A stretch of DNA of 64,000 nucleotides from Nostoc sp. (GTDB taxonomy: Bacteria; Cyanobacteriota; Cyanobacteriia; Cyanobacteriales; Nostocaceae): contig JBALDB010000001.1 of assembly GCA_036918135.1 (NCBI GenBank), forward strand, positions 128,001-192,000. Direction: 5' to 3'. Below are positions 49,544 to 60,109 of this stretch, piece after piece. Made by a program: the position numbers and the translations under genes. The notes under the pieces are model-generated. The model made no database searches. It saw nothing but the letters and a program-made list of their open reading frames with translations, and had not been told where the DNA came from. Numbering within the stretch: the first letter of the stretch is position 1; each line of letters begins with the position of its first letter.

Positions 49544-51778
49544 ATGTCTCATCCCCTCTACGTCGCTTTTATCTGGCATCAACATCAACCGCTCTACAAA
49601 TCTCCTGGTAGCGGCGTTTCGCTGCCTTCTAGCCAGCAGTACCGCTTACCTTGGGTGCGTTTACATGGCACTAAAGATTATTTAGATTTAGTATTAATGT
49701 TAGAACGGTATCCTAAGTTACACCAAACGGTGAATTTAGTACCATCGCTGATTTTGCAACTGGAAGATTATATTGCTGGCACTGCTTTTGACCCTTACCT
49801 TACAGCTAGTTTGACACCAGATGAACAACTCAACCAGCAACAGCGAGAATTTATTATTGAACACTTTTTTGATGCCAATCACCACACGCTGATCGATCCC
49901 CATCCCCGGTATGCCGAGTTGTACCAGCAAAGGCAGGAAAAAGGACCAAGTTGGTGTTTGGCAAATTGGCAGTTGTCAGATTATGGTGATTTGCTTGCTT
50001 GGCACAATCTGGCTTGGATCGATCCGTTATTTTGGGATGACCCGGAAATTGCTAGTTGGTTAAAGCGGGGTCGGAATTTTACTTTAAGCGATCGCCAACG
50101 CATTTATTCTAAACAGCGAGAAATCCTCAGTCGCATTATCCCCCAACATCGGAAAATGCAGGAGGCAGGACAGTTAGAAGTTACTACCACGCCCTACACT
50201 CACCCGATTTTACCTTTGCTAGCCGATACCAACTCCGGCAGGGTAGCTGTGCCAAAAATGACACTACCTAAGCAGCGATTCCAGTGGGCGGAAGATATCC
50301 CGCGTCACTTGAAGAAAGCTTGGGACTTATATAAAGACCGCTTTGGACAGACACCCCGTGGTTTATGGCCTTCAGAACAGTCAGTAAGCCCCCAAATCCT
50401 TCCTGATATTATTTACCAAGGGTTTAAGTGGATATGCTCAGACGAAGCAGTTTTGGGATGGACGCTAAAACACTTTTTTCATCGGGATGGGGCGGGGAAT
50501 GTAGAGCAACCAGAACTTTTGTACCAACCTTATCGCCTGCAAACCCCAGCAGGTGATTTGTCAATTGTGTTTCGCGACCACAGATTATCAGATTTGATTG
50601 GCTTTACCTACAGTGCGATGCCAGCAAAACAAGCAGCAGCAGATTTAGTGGGACATTTGCAAGCGATCGCGAAAATGCAAAGAGACAGCCAAACTCAACA
50701 ACCCTGGCTAGTTACTATCGCTTTGGATGGAGAGAATTGTTGGGAATTTTATCCCCAAGACGGTAAACCCTTCCTAGAAGCTTTGTATCAAAGTTTGAGC
50801 GATGAACCCCGTCTCAAACTCGTCACCGTCTCCGAATTTCTGGAAGAATTTCCAGCTACAGCCACCATCCCTGGAGGGCAACTACATAGTGGTTCTTGGG
50901 TGGATGGCAGTTTCACCACTTGGATTGGCGATCCCGCCAAAAATCGTGCTTGGGATTACTTGACAGAAGCAAGAGTTATGTTGGCAAGTCATTCCGAAGC
51001 GACAGAACAAAACAATCCAGAAGCATGGGAAGCATTGTATGCCGCAGAGGGTTCTGACTGGTTCTGGTGGTTTGGTGCAGGACACTCCTCAAATCAGGAT
51101 GCCATCTTCGATCGGTTATTTCGAGAACACTTGTTTGGCATTTACAAGGCATTAAATGAACCTGCACCGCCCTATCTTAAGCAACCAGTGGAAATCCACC
51201 AAGCACAGGGAAACCATAGCCCACAAGGGTTTATTCATCCAGTGATTGATGGTAGGGGTGACGAACAAGACTGGGACAAAGCTGGACGTTTAGAAATTGG
51301 CGGGGCGCGAGGGACGATGCACAACAGCAGTGTCATCCAGCGACTTTGGTATGGGGTGGATCACCTGAATTTTTATTTACGGGTGGACTTTAAAAGTGGC
51401 GCTGCACCAGGGCAGGATTTACCAGCAGAGTTGAATTTGCTCTGGTTTTATCCAGAAAAGACAATGGTCAACAGCCCAGTTCCCTTAGCAAATGTGCCAA
51501 ATGCAGCACCACTTAATTACCTTTTCCACCACCTTTTGGAAATTAACTTGCTGACGCAATCGATTCAATTTCAAGAAGCTGGAGACAATTATCAATGGCA
51601 TCCCCGTACTAGTCGCGCTCAAGTTGCTTTAAATAGTTGTTTAGAGTTGGCAGTGCCGTGGGCAGACTTGCAAGTTCCCCCAGATTATCCGCTACGTCTG
51701 ATTTTGGTACTTGCTGATGAAGGGCGTTTTTCCAACTATTTGCCAGAAAATGCTTTGATTCCGATTGAGGTGCCTTAG
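49544..51778 (+). CDS. Glycoside hydrolase family 57 (amylopullulanase-like)
   Basis: WHQHQP, YTHPILPL, GLWPSEQ, ALDGENCW, AEGSDWFWW. Confidence 0.92.
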   Translation: MSHPLYVAFIWHQHQPLYKSPGSGVSLPSSQQYRLPWVRLHGTKDYLDLVLMLERYPKLHQTVNLVPSLILQLEDYIAGTAFDPYLTASLTPDEQLNQQQREFIIEHFFDANHHTLIDPHPRYAELYQQRQEKGPSWCLANWQLSDYGDLLAWHNLAWIDPLFWDDPEIASWLKRGRNFTLSDRQRIYSKQREILSRIIPQHRKMQEAGQLEVTTTPYTHPILPLLADTNSGRVAVPKMTLPKQRFQWAEDIPRHLKKAWDLYKDRFGQTPRGLWPSEQSVSPQILPDIIYQGFKWICSDEAVLGWTLKHFFHRDGAGNVEQPELLYQPYRLQTPAGDLSIVFRDHRLSDLIGFTYSAMPAKQAAADLVGHLQAIAKMQRDSQTQQPWLVTIALDGENCWEFYPQDGKPFLEALYQSLSDEPRLKLVTVSEFLEEFPATATIPGGQLHSGSWVDGSFTTWIGDPAKNRAWDYLTEARVMLASHSEATEQNNPEAWEALYAAEGSDWFWWFGAGHSSNQDAIFDRLFREHLFGIYKALNEPAPPYLKQPVEIHQAQGNHSPQGFIHPVIDGRGDEQDWDKAGRLEIGGARGTMHNSSVIQRLWYGVDHLNFYLRVDFKSGAAPGQDLPAELNLLWFYPEKTMVNSPVPLANVPNAAPLNYLFHHLLEINLLTQSIQFQEAGDNYQWHPRTSRAQVALNSCLELAVPWADLQVPPDYPLRLILVLADEGRFSNYLPENALIPIEVP

Positions 51779-51812
51779 AACTTTTTTGATTTGTTTAAAT
51801 CCCAAGGCTCAG

Positions 51813-51843
51813 AATCCCCGGCTTGTTGGAAAAGTCGGGGATT
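51813..51843. repeat. REP-like hairpin / terminator between convergent genes
   Basis: AATCCCCGGCTT...AAGTCGGGGATT. Confidence 0.6.
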
Positions 51844-52012
51844 TCATTGTTGAGGGATGATTCAGTAAGACTATATATAGCCGTAGTCACATAGCTTAGG
51901 ACATAATGACAAGCGTGAATGCTAAGTAATAGTAATAGTTCTACCTCCTGCCTCCTGCTATAACTCAATACCCTTAATGTTGACCTACTTAGTAGTTTCT
52001 TTAGCACTATTT

Positions 52013-54781
52013 CTAGTTAAGCGGATCGAAACGCTGCAAGATCAGAGCTATAAATACCATTGGCAAACCTACAGCTATACAAATGAGAGCTTGGGTAATT
52101 GTCAAAGGTGTAGTGTCAAATAACTGATTTATGACGCTCCACTGACTGAACAGACATTGTAAAGTCACTACAGCCACAATTCCGATCGCTGGTGCATAAG
52201 CTACGGGTGTGCGTTTACCCTGGATTCTGGCAACTAAAGATGGTAAAAACTGGGTAATACTTAACAGGTAAAAAACTTCTGCTGCCACTAACCCATTAAT
52301 CGCCATAGTGCGAGCTAAGGCTTGATTGCCTGTAGTTTGAAGTATCCATTGAAACACACCAAAAATTACCACCCAATTGAAAACAGAAATCGCTAAGATG
52401 CGCTTAAGTAAACTACCTGATAAAAGCTTTTCTCTAGGGTTGCGTGGAGGTTGCTGCATCACCTGTCCAGATTTGGGTTCAAAGGCCAGGGGAGCAATCA
52501 ACCCTACTGAACTAACCATGTTCAACCAGAGAATTTGGATTGGTAAGATAGGAAGCACAGTAGCTAGGAGAATGGCAATTAAAATCGTCATCGATTCTCC
52601 AACGTTGATCGGCAGCAAGAAAGCGATCGCTTTTCGCAAGTTACGGTAAACTCCGCGCCCTTCCTCCACAGCAGCTTCAATTGAGGCGAAGTTATCGTCA
52701 GTTAAAAGCATATCCGCAGATTCTTTAGCAACCTCTGCCCCAGCTATACCCATCGCTACACCAATGTCTGCTTGCTTGAGAGCGGGAGCATCATTTACGC
52801 CATCTCCAGTCATGGCAACAATTTCGCCCTTGAGTTGCAAAGCTTTCACCAGACGTAACTTTTGTTCAGGAGCAACTCGCGCAAACACCATGCCTTGTTC
52901 GGCCGCTTGGGCAAATTTTTTTTCATTCATCTGAGTTAATTGCTGTCCAGTGAAGACCTGTGCTTCAGTCGAGCAAATTCCCATTTGGCGGGCGATCGCA
53001 GCTGCTGTTAATGCATGATCCCCAGTAATCATTTTGACTTGAATTCCAGCAGATTGACAGGCATTGACTGCGGCGATCGCTTCCTCACGGGGCGGATCGA
53101 TTATGCCTTGAAGTCCTAAAAACACCAGTCCTTGGTCGATATCGTGGCGTTCCAAGGAACGTTTGTTAGAGGCAACTTCTTTACTGGCAAAAGCTAGCAC
53201 TCGTAAACCTTGCTTTGCCATCCGAGCAACTTCCTGTTCCACTGCTCTAGGATTGAGCGCAGTTTGTTGTCCTTGAGCGTCAAGCATGTAATCGCATCGT
53301 TGGAGAATTGCCTCCACAGAGCCTTTGAGATAAATCACATTCAGCCTTTGCTTTGCATCTAATTCATGCAAAGTCGCCATGTACTGGAATTGAGACTCAA
53401 ACGGAATAGTATCTATTCTGGGTAATTGCTCTAGATTTTCCTGCGTTAATCCTGCTTTATTAGCAGCCGTAATCAATGCCCCCTCGGTTGGGGTTCCGAC
53501 TAAGTTCCACTGTCCGTCTCGCCATTCAATGTGAGAATCATTGCACAGCAATCCTGCTTCCAAGGATTCCCAAACAGCAACATGTCCATCTGCATTGAAA
53601 TCAACGGGTTGCTGATTCATCAGGATTTCACCTTCTGGAGCATAACCAATACCGCTGACGGTGTAGTGTTGCCCACCTGCATAAATCTTCTGAACCGTCA
53701 TCTGATTTTCGGTCAACGTACCAGTTTTGTCAGAACAAATAACAGTGGTACTTCCCAATGTTTCCACGGCGGGTAACTTACGAATAATCGCATTACGTCG
53801 TGCCATCCGGGAAACCCCGATCGCTAATGTGACTGTGACAATTGCAGGTAATCCTTCTGGAATCGCGCTGACGACGAGAGCTACACTTGCTTTGAAAACA
53901 TCAATCCAAGATTCACCCTGTCCTAATCCGATTGCAAATGTCAGGGCAGCCAAACCTAAGATGACATACAATAAGGTTTTGCTAAACTTGTCGATATTTC
54001 GCGTTAGCGGTGTTTTCAAGCCCGTGCTGCTTTCAATTAACTGCGAGATGCGACCGGTTTCAGTAGCATCTGCGATCGCTACTACAATTCCTTCTGCCTG
54101 TCCAAAGGTGACGAAACTTCCTGCATACGCTATGTTGGTGCGTTCGGCTAATGGTGTCTCGACATCCAACAATTGGGTTACTTTCTCAACCGGAACAGAT
54201 TCTCCTGTTAAAGCAGACTCGTCAACTTGTAACCCACGCACAGTTAATAGCCGTAGATCCGCAGGTACTTTATCCCCAGATGCTAGCAGTACCAAATCAC
54301 CCGGAACAAGCTCAGTTGAAGCTAGACGAGTTTTTTGACCATCGCGAATCACAGTTGCTTCAGTAGTGACAGCTTTGGATAAAGCAGCGATCGCACCTTC
54401 TGCTTTCGATTCTTGAATGTAGCCAATGATGACATTAATCAGGGTGACAGCAAAAATTACTCCCGCATCTATCCAATCTCGCAGTAACAGCGTCACTACT
54501 CCTGCCGTCAGCAAAATATATAGTAGTGGTTGATTAAATTGCTCTAAAAATCGTAGCCAAGGACTTTTTCCACCTTTACTAGTCAGTTGATTTGCACCCA
54601 TCTGTTCGTGTCGGGTGGCAGCTTCTTCATGGCTCAAGCCTGCTTCCGGATGGCTGGCTAAGGTTTGCACAACTTTTTGTTCTGCTAGAGTATGCCATTC
54701 ATAGTTGAGTAAATCTTTTGTTGTCTCAGCAAAAGTATTTGTAGCGATCGTATCTGCTGTCATCTTAGTCTCCAAATTCAA
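52013..54781 (-). CDS. P2-type cation-transporting ATPase
   Basis: TGES, AIPEGLP, CSDKTGTLT, MITGDH, GDGVNDAPALK, QILWLN. Confidence 0.95.
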   Translation of the reverse strand: MNLETKMTADTIATNTFAETTKDLLNYEWHTLAEQKVVQTLASHPEAGLSHEEAATRHEQMGANQLTSKGGKSPWLRFLEQFNQPLLYILLTAGVVTLLLRDWIDAGVIFAVTLINVIIGYIQESKAEGAIAALSKAVTTEATVIRDGQKTRLASTELVPGDLVLLASGDKVPADLRLLTVRGLQVDESALTGESVPVEKVTQLLDVETPLAERTNIAYAGSFVTFGQAEGIVVAIADATETGRISQLIESSTGLKTPLTRNIDKFSKTLLYVILGLAALTFAIGLGQGESWIDVFKASVALVVSAIPEGLPAIVTVTLAIGVSRMARRNAIIRKLPAVETLGSTTVICSDKTGTLTENQMTVQKIYAGGQHYTVSGIGYAPEGEILMNQQPVDFNADGHVAVWESLEAGLLCNDSHIEWRDGQWNLVGTPTEGALITAANKAGLTQENLEQLPRIDTIPFESQFQYMATLHELDAKQRLNVIYLKGSVEAILQRCDYMLDAQGQQTALNPRAVEQEVARMAKQGLRVLAFASKEVASNKRSLERHDIDQGLVFLGLQGIIDPPREEAIAAVNACQSAGIQVKMITGDHALTAAAIARQMGICSTEAQVFTGQQLTQMNEKKFAQAAEQGMVFARVAPEQKLRLVKALQLKGEIVAMTGDGVNDAPALKQADIGVAMGIAGAEVAKESADMLLTDDNFASIEAAVEEGRGVYRNLRKAIAFLLPINVGESMTILIAILLATVLPILPIQILWLNMVSSVGLIAPLAFEPKSGQVMQQPPRNPREKLLSGSLLKRILAISVFNWVVIFGVFQWILQTTGNQALARTMAINGLVAAEVFYLLSITQFLPSLVARIQGKRTPVAYAPAIGIVAVVTLQCLFSQWSVINQLFDTTPLTITQALICIAVGLPMVFIALILQRFDPLN

Positions 54782-54805
54782 ATAACCGTTTTCTGGAAAG
54801 CATTA

Positions 54806-55348
54806 TTATGAAAATCTTTTGCTAAATTCATAAACATGCCACTCTCGCACACCCCAGTAACGGAGAACGTATTCTGCCAGCTCGATTTCATCCGCTGTTC
54901 CCTCTACCTTCACCAAAAATTTTTCTTGGGACGTGCATGGGCGATCGAGTTTACCTTTCCTGTTGGGAGTAAACCAACCTTGAAATCCACCATAAAGACC
55001 GCCAAATATTGCACTTGCTCCACTCGCTAGCAGCGTACCAAGCACAGATTCAACTGCTAATACCGGGCCAAAACCGGGAATAATTAATACGCCAAGTCCG
55101 GCTGTGAGTGCCAGCAATCCCCCGGCTGTTCCTCCTGTAATTGCGCCTGCTTTGGCACCTTCAATTGGAGTCATGGTACGTTTACTCGCATTAGCTTCCT
55201 CGTACAACTTTTCGCGTTCGGAGTCTAAAGGGAGCAGAGAAATTTTCTGCATGGGAAAGTCAATTGCTCTAAGGTCGTCAAGCACCCCTGTTGCAGCTTG
55301 ACGGGTAGAAATAATGGCGATCGCATTTTTAACTAGACTAGAATTCAT
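54806..55348 (-). CDS. General-stress / glycine-zipper membrane protein
   Basis: GAKAGAITGGTAGGLL..IPGFGPVLA hydrophobic Gly-rich hairpin. Confidence 0.78.
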   Translation of the reverse strand: MNSSLVKNAIAIISTRQAATGVLDDLRAIDFPMQKISLLPLDSEREKLYEEANASKRTMTPIEGAKAGAITGGTAGGLLALTAGLGVLIIPGFGPVLAVESVLGTLLASGASAIFGGLYGGFQGWFTPNRKGKLDRPCTSQEKFLVKVEGTADEIELAEYVLRYWGVREWHVYEFSKRFS

Positions 55349-55515
55349 AACAACTCCTATAAAAATTAGTAAGTTTAAAATGAAGCTTTATGAAGCTCCA
55401 AATAGTAAAAAACTATAGTTTGGAAAGTGAGCATAAACCGTATTAGTTCGGATATTCGTTTTAAACCTCAGTTGGGTTAGTTTCGTTTCTATGCTTGTTT
55501 TCCAGGATTACTGAT

Positions 55516-55577
55516 AAATGTGAACGAAATGTGAATAAATCATTTCTCCTAATTAATTTCACTTTTAAATCACATTT
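55516..55577. promoter_or_regulatory. Two oppositely oriented 11-bp-period direct repeats (OmpR/PhoB-type boxes)
   Basis: AAATGTGAA at 55516 and 55527; TTCACTTTT/ATCACATTT at 55558 and 55569. Confidence 0.55.
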
Positions 55578-55940
55578 GTTCTTCAAGCCAAAAGACAACG
55601 TATAGCAGTTTTAAATAGAATTTTAGGCAACCTCAAAACATCAACGATAAAGGTATTTGTCGGCTGGAAGTGCAATGATTTTGATAATTGTTCTAATGAT
55701 ATTGCTAGATGTCGTTCATCCTCCCACAGTCGGCACTTCCTAGAGTTTTGCTCTTAAGGTAGGTAATGAAAACAATTTGGTTTTATTTAGTTTGCCAGTA
55801 AATATTGTTGCCACACTGGTTCTATTGGAGTTTAAAAAATTTTTCATACTATTTATAGATAATAAAAACTAACTATAGATGGAATTGAATATCAGGAATT
55901 TTTACTATTATCAGCAATGCTGACTAATTAGATAAGTGAC

Positions 55941-56954
55941 ATGAATGCAGATATATCCGCACTCTGGGACAAAATTCAGAGAATGATTCGCGAATTCATT
56001 GTCCTACTGCCGAATATCGTGCTGGCATTGATTGTCTTTGCAATCTTCTTTTTTGTTGCTAGAGCGATTAAGAGACTGGTCAAACGATTGACACGCGATC
56101 GCCATCAGGCTCGGAATCTAGGACTAGTACTGGGACGCTTGGCGCAAGGTACAACACTGTTGTTAGGGCTATTTATTGCTTTGTCGATTGTAATTCCGAC
56201 ATTCCGAGCAGGGGATTTGGTACAACTATTGGGAATTAGCGGGGTAGCGATCGGTTTTGCTTTTCGAGACATTTTACAAAACTTTTTGGCTGGCATTCTG
56301 ATCCTCTTAACAGAGCCGTTCCGAATTAACGATCAAATAGTTTTTAAAGATTTTGAGGGGACTGTAGAAAATATTGAGACACGGGCGACAACAATTAAAA
56401 CTTACGATGGTCGCCGTATTGTGATTCCTAATTCAGAATTGTTCGCTAACTCAGTGACTGTGAACACTGCTTTTGAAAGTCGCCGATTACAGTATGATAT
56501 CGGTATTGGCTACGGTGATGATATCGACCAAGCTAAGGAGTTAATGCTCCAAGCAATGCAAAGCATACCAGAAGTACTTGAAGACCCTGCACCCGATGTG
56601 CTGGTCATGGAACTTGCCGAAAGTACTGTTAACATCCGCGTTCGTTGGTGGATTAAACCGCCACGACGAGCAGATGACCTGATTTCACGGGACAAGGTAC
56701 TGTCTTCAATTAAGAAAACATTAGTAGAAAACGGCATCGATTTACCCTTTCCCACGCAGCAAATTTTGTTTCACGACCAAACAGAAGAGACAGACGGAAA
56801 CCGCTCCCATCAGCGTGAAGGTTGGCCCGCAGGCAGAGGTGAAGTACCAAAATCGTGCCGGATCGGCGATTCTCTCCACCTAGTTGCCCAAATGCAGACG
56901 CAAACAGATGATAACGGCAAGGGAGATTCTCCAAAAGCTAATGACGAAAACTAA
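55941..56954 (+). CDS. Small-conductance mechanosensitive channel (MscS family)
   Basis: GVAIGFAFRDILQNFLAG, PFRINDQI, EGTVE, IVIPNS, IDLPFP. Confidence 0.93.
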   Translation: MNADISALWDKIQRMIREFIVLLPNIVLALIVFAIFFFVARAIKRLVKRLTRDRHQARNLGLVLGRLAQGTTLLLGLFIALSIVIPTFRAGDLVQLLGISGVAIGFAFRDILQNFLAGILILLTEPFRINDQIVFKDFEGTVENIETRATTIKTYDGRRIVIPNSELFANSVTVNTAFESRRLQYDIGIGYGDDIDQAKELMLQAMQSIPEVLEDPAPDVLVMELAESTVNIRVRWWIKPPRRADDLISRDKVLSSIKKTLVENGIDLPFPTQQILFHDQTEETDGNRSHQREGWPAGRGEVPKSCRIGDSLHLVAQMQTQTDDNGKGDSPKANDEN

Positions 56955-57155
56955 ACTACTTGCCGCTTAACCTATTGGATTCGGTTGTAGCGGTGTATGA
57001 CTTCTAGTTGTTCTAGCTTAGTATCAAGATAAAAGAAAAGCCCTAACAGCAGATTACTTTAGTTGATATTTTACTTATGAGCGTAAAATGTTGGCGGTTT
57101 GATAATCTCTCTATTTTCCTTGATGGTAAATATTCTATTTAACTCGAACACTTTT

Positions 57156-58727
57156 ATGTCATTAGAGTCTGCCGCAAGTGAAGTCGTAATTGCACAACAA
57201 CTCAAGCAATTTCTACTAGTACTATCTGTCTCTTTGGGTGTAGCAACATTACCACAAATTTTTAGTTGGTTGCGCCGCATCCCTTACACACTATTACTGG
57301 TCATAGTGGGATTAGGGTTAGCATTCGTGAATGTGCGATTGATTAATCTCTCTCCTCAATTGATTCTGATGATTTTTTTACCGCCACTATTGTTTGAAGC
57401 TGCTTGGAATTTGAAATGGTCAGACTTAAAGCGAGATTTACTACCTATTTGTCTGTATGCAGTGATTGGGGTGATAATTTCTATTGCAGGTGTAGCGTTT
57501 GGTCTTCATCAATTCGCTGGACTTGAACTGAGCATTGCTCTATTAATTGGAGCGAGTCTATCAGCAACCGATCCTGTTTCGGTAACGGCTTTATTTCGGG
57601 AATTAGGAGCAAGCAAACGCCTAACAACATTGATGGAAGGAGAAAGTTTATTTAATGATGGTATGGCGGTTGTGGCTTTTGGCTTACTAGTTGCTCTGCC
57701 GTTAGGTACTGCCAAACTAGACTTACAGTCTGCTTTAGGGGAATTTTTTCAGGTAGTAGGTATTGGTATTGGCATCGGAGGATTAATAGGGTTTGGCATC
57801 TCCTACCTGACACAACGTTTCGACTTACCGCTAGTAGAACAATCTCTTACCTTAGTTTCTGCCTACAGTACTTATCTAATTACAGAAGATTTGGGTGGTT
57901 CTGGAGTGATTGGAGTAGTCACCACAGCTTTAATTTTAGGCAACTTTGGCTCGCGCATCGGCATGAACCCGCGCACACGCATCATTGTTACAGAATTTTG
58001 GGAATTCTTGGCTTTTTTTGTGAATTCGATTGTTTTTCTATTAATTGGCGACCAAATTCGTTTTGCCGTCTTAGGAGATAACTTAAAAATTATTGCAGTG
58101 GCGATCGCCGCTATGATTGTGGCACGAGCAGTATCCATTTATGCTTTAAGTAGTCTGAGCAATTGGCTAGCTAAATCCGAAATTCCTTTATCCGAACAAA
58201 CTGTATTATCGTGGGGTGGATTGCGGGGGTCTGTCTCTATTGCCTTAGCTTTGAGTGTACCAGCTATACTCCCCCAAAGAGAAGAAATTATTGCCACTGT
58301 ATTTGGAGTAGTTTTATTTACACTGTTAGTACAGGGCTTAACCACTCAACCCTTATTAGAAAAACTACAACTTTTAGGTAGCCAACCGCTACGTCAAAAA
58401 TACGTGGAAGCAATTGCCCGTCAAGTTGCTCTCCAACGGGCGCTGGAATATTTAGAAACAGCACAAAAGCGTCCAGGAATTCAGCCAGAGTTTTATCACT
58501 ACCAGAAGACGCTGCTTTCTGGAGAAATTGCCCTTTTACAAGAAAAAATTGACAACTTACTTGATGAGTACCCAAATTTGCAAGAATTTATAATCAAAGA
58601 ACTACGAGGGGAACTGTTGGCAATTGAAGCAGACACCTATGCCGAGTTTGTCCGCGCAGGTAGGTTAAATCAAGAACTTTCACCTTTTTTGCCAACAATA
58701 CATGAAAAAGCTAATGAAGATCAATGA
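57156..58727 (+). CDS. CPA1-family Na+/H+ antiporter
   Basis: FLPPLLFEAA, SATDPVSV, EGESLFNDG, WGGLRG; ATG 57156 preferred. Confidence 0.93.
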   Translation: MSLESAASEVVIAQQLKQFLLVLSVSLGVATLPQIFSWLRRIPYTLLLVIVGLGLAFVNVRLINLSPQLILMIFLPPLLFEAAWNLKWSDLKRDLLPICLYAVIGVIISIAGVAFGLHQFAGLELSIALLIGASLSATDPVSVTALFRELGASKRLTTLMEGESLFNDGMAVVAFGLLVALPLGTAKLDLQSALGEFFQVVGIGIGIGGLIGFGISYLTQRFDLPLVEQSLTLVSAYSTYLITEDLGGSGVIGVVTTALILGNFGSRIGMNPRTRIIVTEFWEFLAFFVNSIVFLLIGDQIRFAVLGDNLKIIAVAIAAMIVARAVSIYALSSLSNWLAKSEIPLSEQTVLSWGGLRGSVSIALALSVPAILPQREEIIATVFGVVLFTLLVQGLTTQPLLEKLQLLGSQPLRQKYVEAIARQVALQRALEYLETAQKRPGIQPEFYHYQKTLLSGEIALLQEKIDNLLDEYPNLQEFIIKELRGELLAIEADTYAEFVRAGRLNQELSPFLPTIHEKANEDQ

Positions 58728-58798
58728 ATCTATGCAATGGGCGATCGCGTTCGCTTCATTCAGCAAGAATCTTTCCAGGGCTTACTAGTGCCTCTGTG

Positions 58799-59185
58799 TT
58801 ATTCCACAATTTCATAACGCACTAACTTTCTAACATCCTGACGGGGTAGACCTAGTTCTTGGGCAATTGTCGCTTCTATTTGGTTGAATTCTATCGTTGG
58901 CAGTTCTAATTCCAATCGCTTCAAGATGGGGTCTGCTGTTTCGACTTCTACCTGAGTAATTTTCTGAGTTCGGTTAACAGTGGCGTTGATCAGCAACACA
59001 TTGACTGATACCCGTGCTTCAAGTTGAGTATCTGACTGAAGTTTTTTCTGGGTGGAGTAGGGTCGACTTAACTCTTGAGCAGAGAGGAAACTACAGCCAA
59101 ACCAAAACAAAATTGCTACTAGTGGTAGAGGCAACCAAAACTCTAATCCCAGCCCTTGCAGCCAACGTTTACTAATACGCCACAC
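58799..59185 (-). CDS. Hypothetical membrane-anchored protein divergent from the two-component genes
   Basis: LGLEFWLPLPLVAILFW N-terminal TM, 128 aa. Confidence 0.72.
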   Translation of the reverse strand: MWRISKRWLQGLGLEFWLPLPLVAILFWFGCSFLSAQELSRPYSTQKKLQSDTQLEARVSVNVLLINATVNRTQKITQVEVETADPILKRLELELPTIEFNQIEATIAQELGLPRQDVRKLVRYEIVE

Positions 59186-59325
59186 ACTATACCTGCTTCT
59201 GATTTTGCTAGGTCACACTTCATATATATCCCAATGGGGTAGACAATCCTCGTAAATCTTACTGGTGAAAGACGTTGAGATTGCTTCAATGGATTATTCT
59301 AAACAAGCACAAGTGTCTAAAGGTG

Positions 59326-60006
59326 ATGAAAATTTTGCTGGCAGAGGACGATCCAAAGCAATTAATGCCGCTACAAACGGTTCTTTCCCAAGCCGGACAC
59401 AACGTTGATGGTGTCAAGGATGGTGAAACCGCTCAATGGCTTTTAGCTGAAAAAGAATATGACCTGCTGATTTTAGATTGGATGTTACCTCGGATTAGTG
59501 GAGTGAGTTTGTGCCAACAGTATCGGGCGGCGGGAAAAACAGCTCCCATATTAATGATTACGGCAAAAGATACCACACTCGATAAAGTCATAGGATTAGA
59601 TGCGGGAGCAGATGATTACTTAGTAAAACCGATTGATATCGTGGAATTCATGGCACGGGTACGGGCATTGAGGAGGCGATCGCCTCTTTGGCAAGGAGAT
59701 ACTCTCTGCTTGGCAGACCTGCAACTTCATCTCGACAAACTGACTTTGGAGCGACAAGGAGCGATTGTTTCCCTTTCCAGCCAAGAATTTCAATTACTAG
59801 AGTATTTCATGCGTCATCCCAGGCAAGTACTTAGTCGCAACCAAATTGAGCAAGCCGTATGGGAATGGGGTAGTGAGCCCGAAAGCAATGCAATCACCGT
59901 TCTAGTTCGTAAACTTCGCCAACGTTTGCAAACATTAGCAGCAGGGGATTGGATTGAAACTGTCTATGGCATGGGCTATCGTCTCAATCCTCCAGAACCA
60001 TCTTAA
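59326..60006 (+). CDS. OmpR-family response regulator
   Basis: ILLAEDD, LDWMLP, GADDYLVKP, IETVYGMGYR; ATG 59326 preferred. Confidence 0.95.
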   Translation: MKILLAEDDPKQLMPLQTVLSQAGHNVDGVKDGETAQWLLAEKEYDLLILDWMLPRISGVSLCQQYRAAGKTAPILMITAKDTTLDKVIGLDAGADDYLVKPIDIVEFMARVRALRRRSPLWQGDTLCLADLQLHLDKLTLERQGAIVSLSSQEFQLLEYFMRHPRQVLSRNQIEQAVWEWGSEPESNAITVLVRKLRQRLQTLAAGDWIETVYGMGYRLNPPEPS

Positions 60007-60074
60007 AATTTGATAACGGCTGAGACCACGGTAGGGGTAGTGCAGTTCAATTAGTTGAAAAAGTTGTAATTAAA

Positions 60075-60100
60075 AATTACGAATTACGAATTACGAATTA
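60075..60100. repeat. Heptamer tandem repeat
   Basis: AATTACG x3 plus a partial copy. Confidence 0.8.
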
Positions 60101-60109
60101 GTATGAGTT

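Noticed and set aside
5221..58575. Numerous 60-200 aa ORFs overlapping larger genes (e.g. 53727-54338, 14617-14979, 23499-23807, 29276-29509)
   Set aside because: Antisense or off-frame shadows of well-supported genes, with no motifs of their own.
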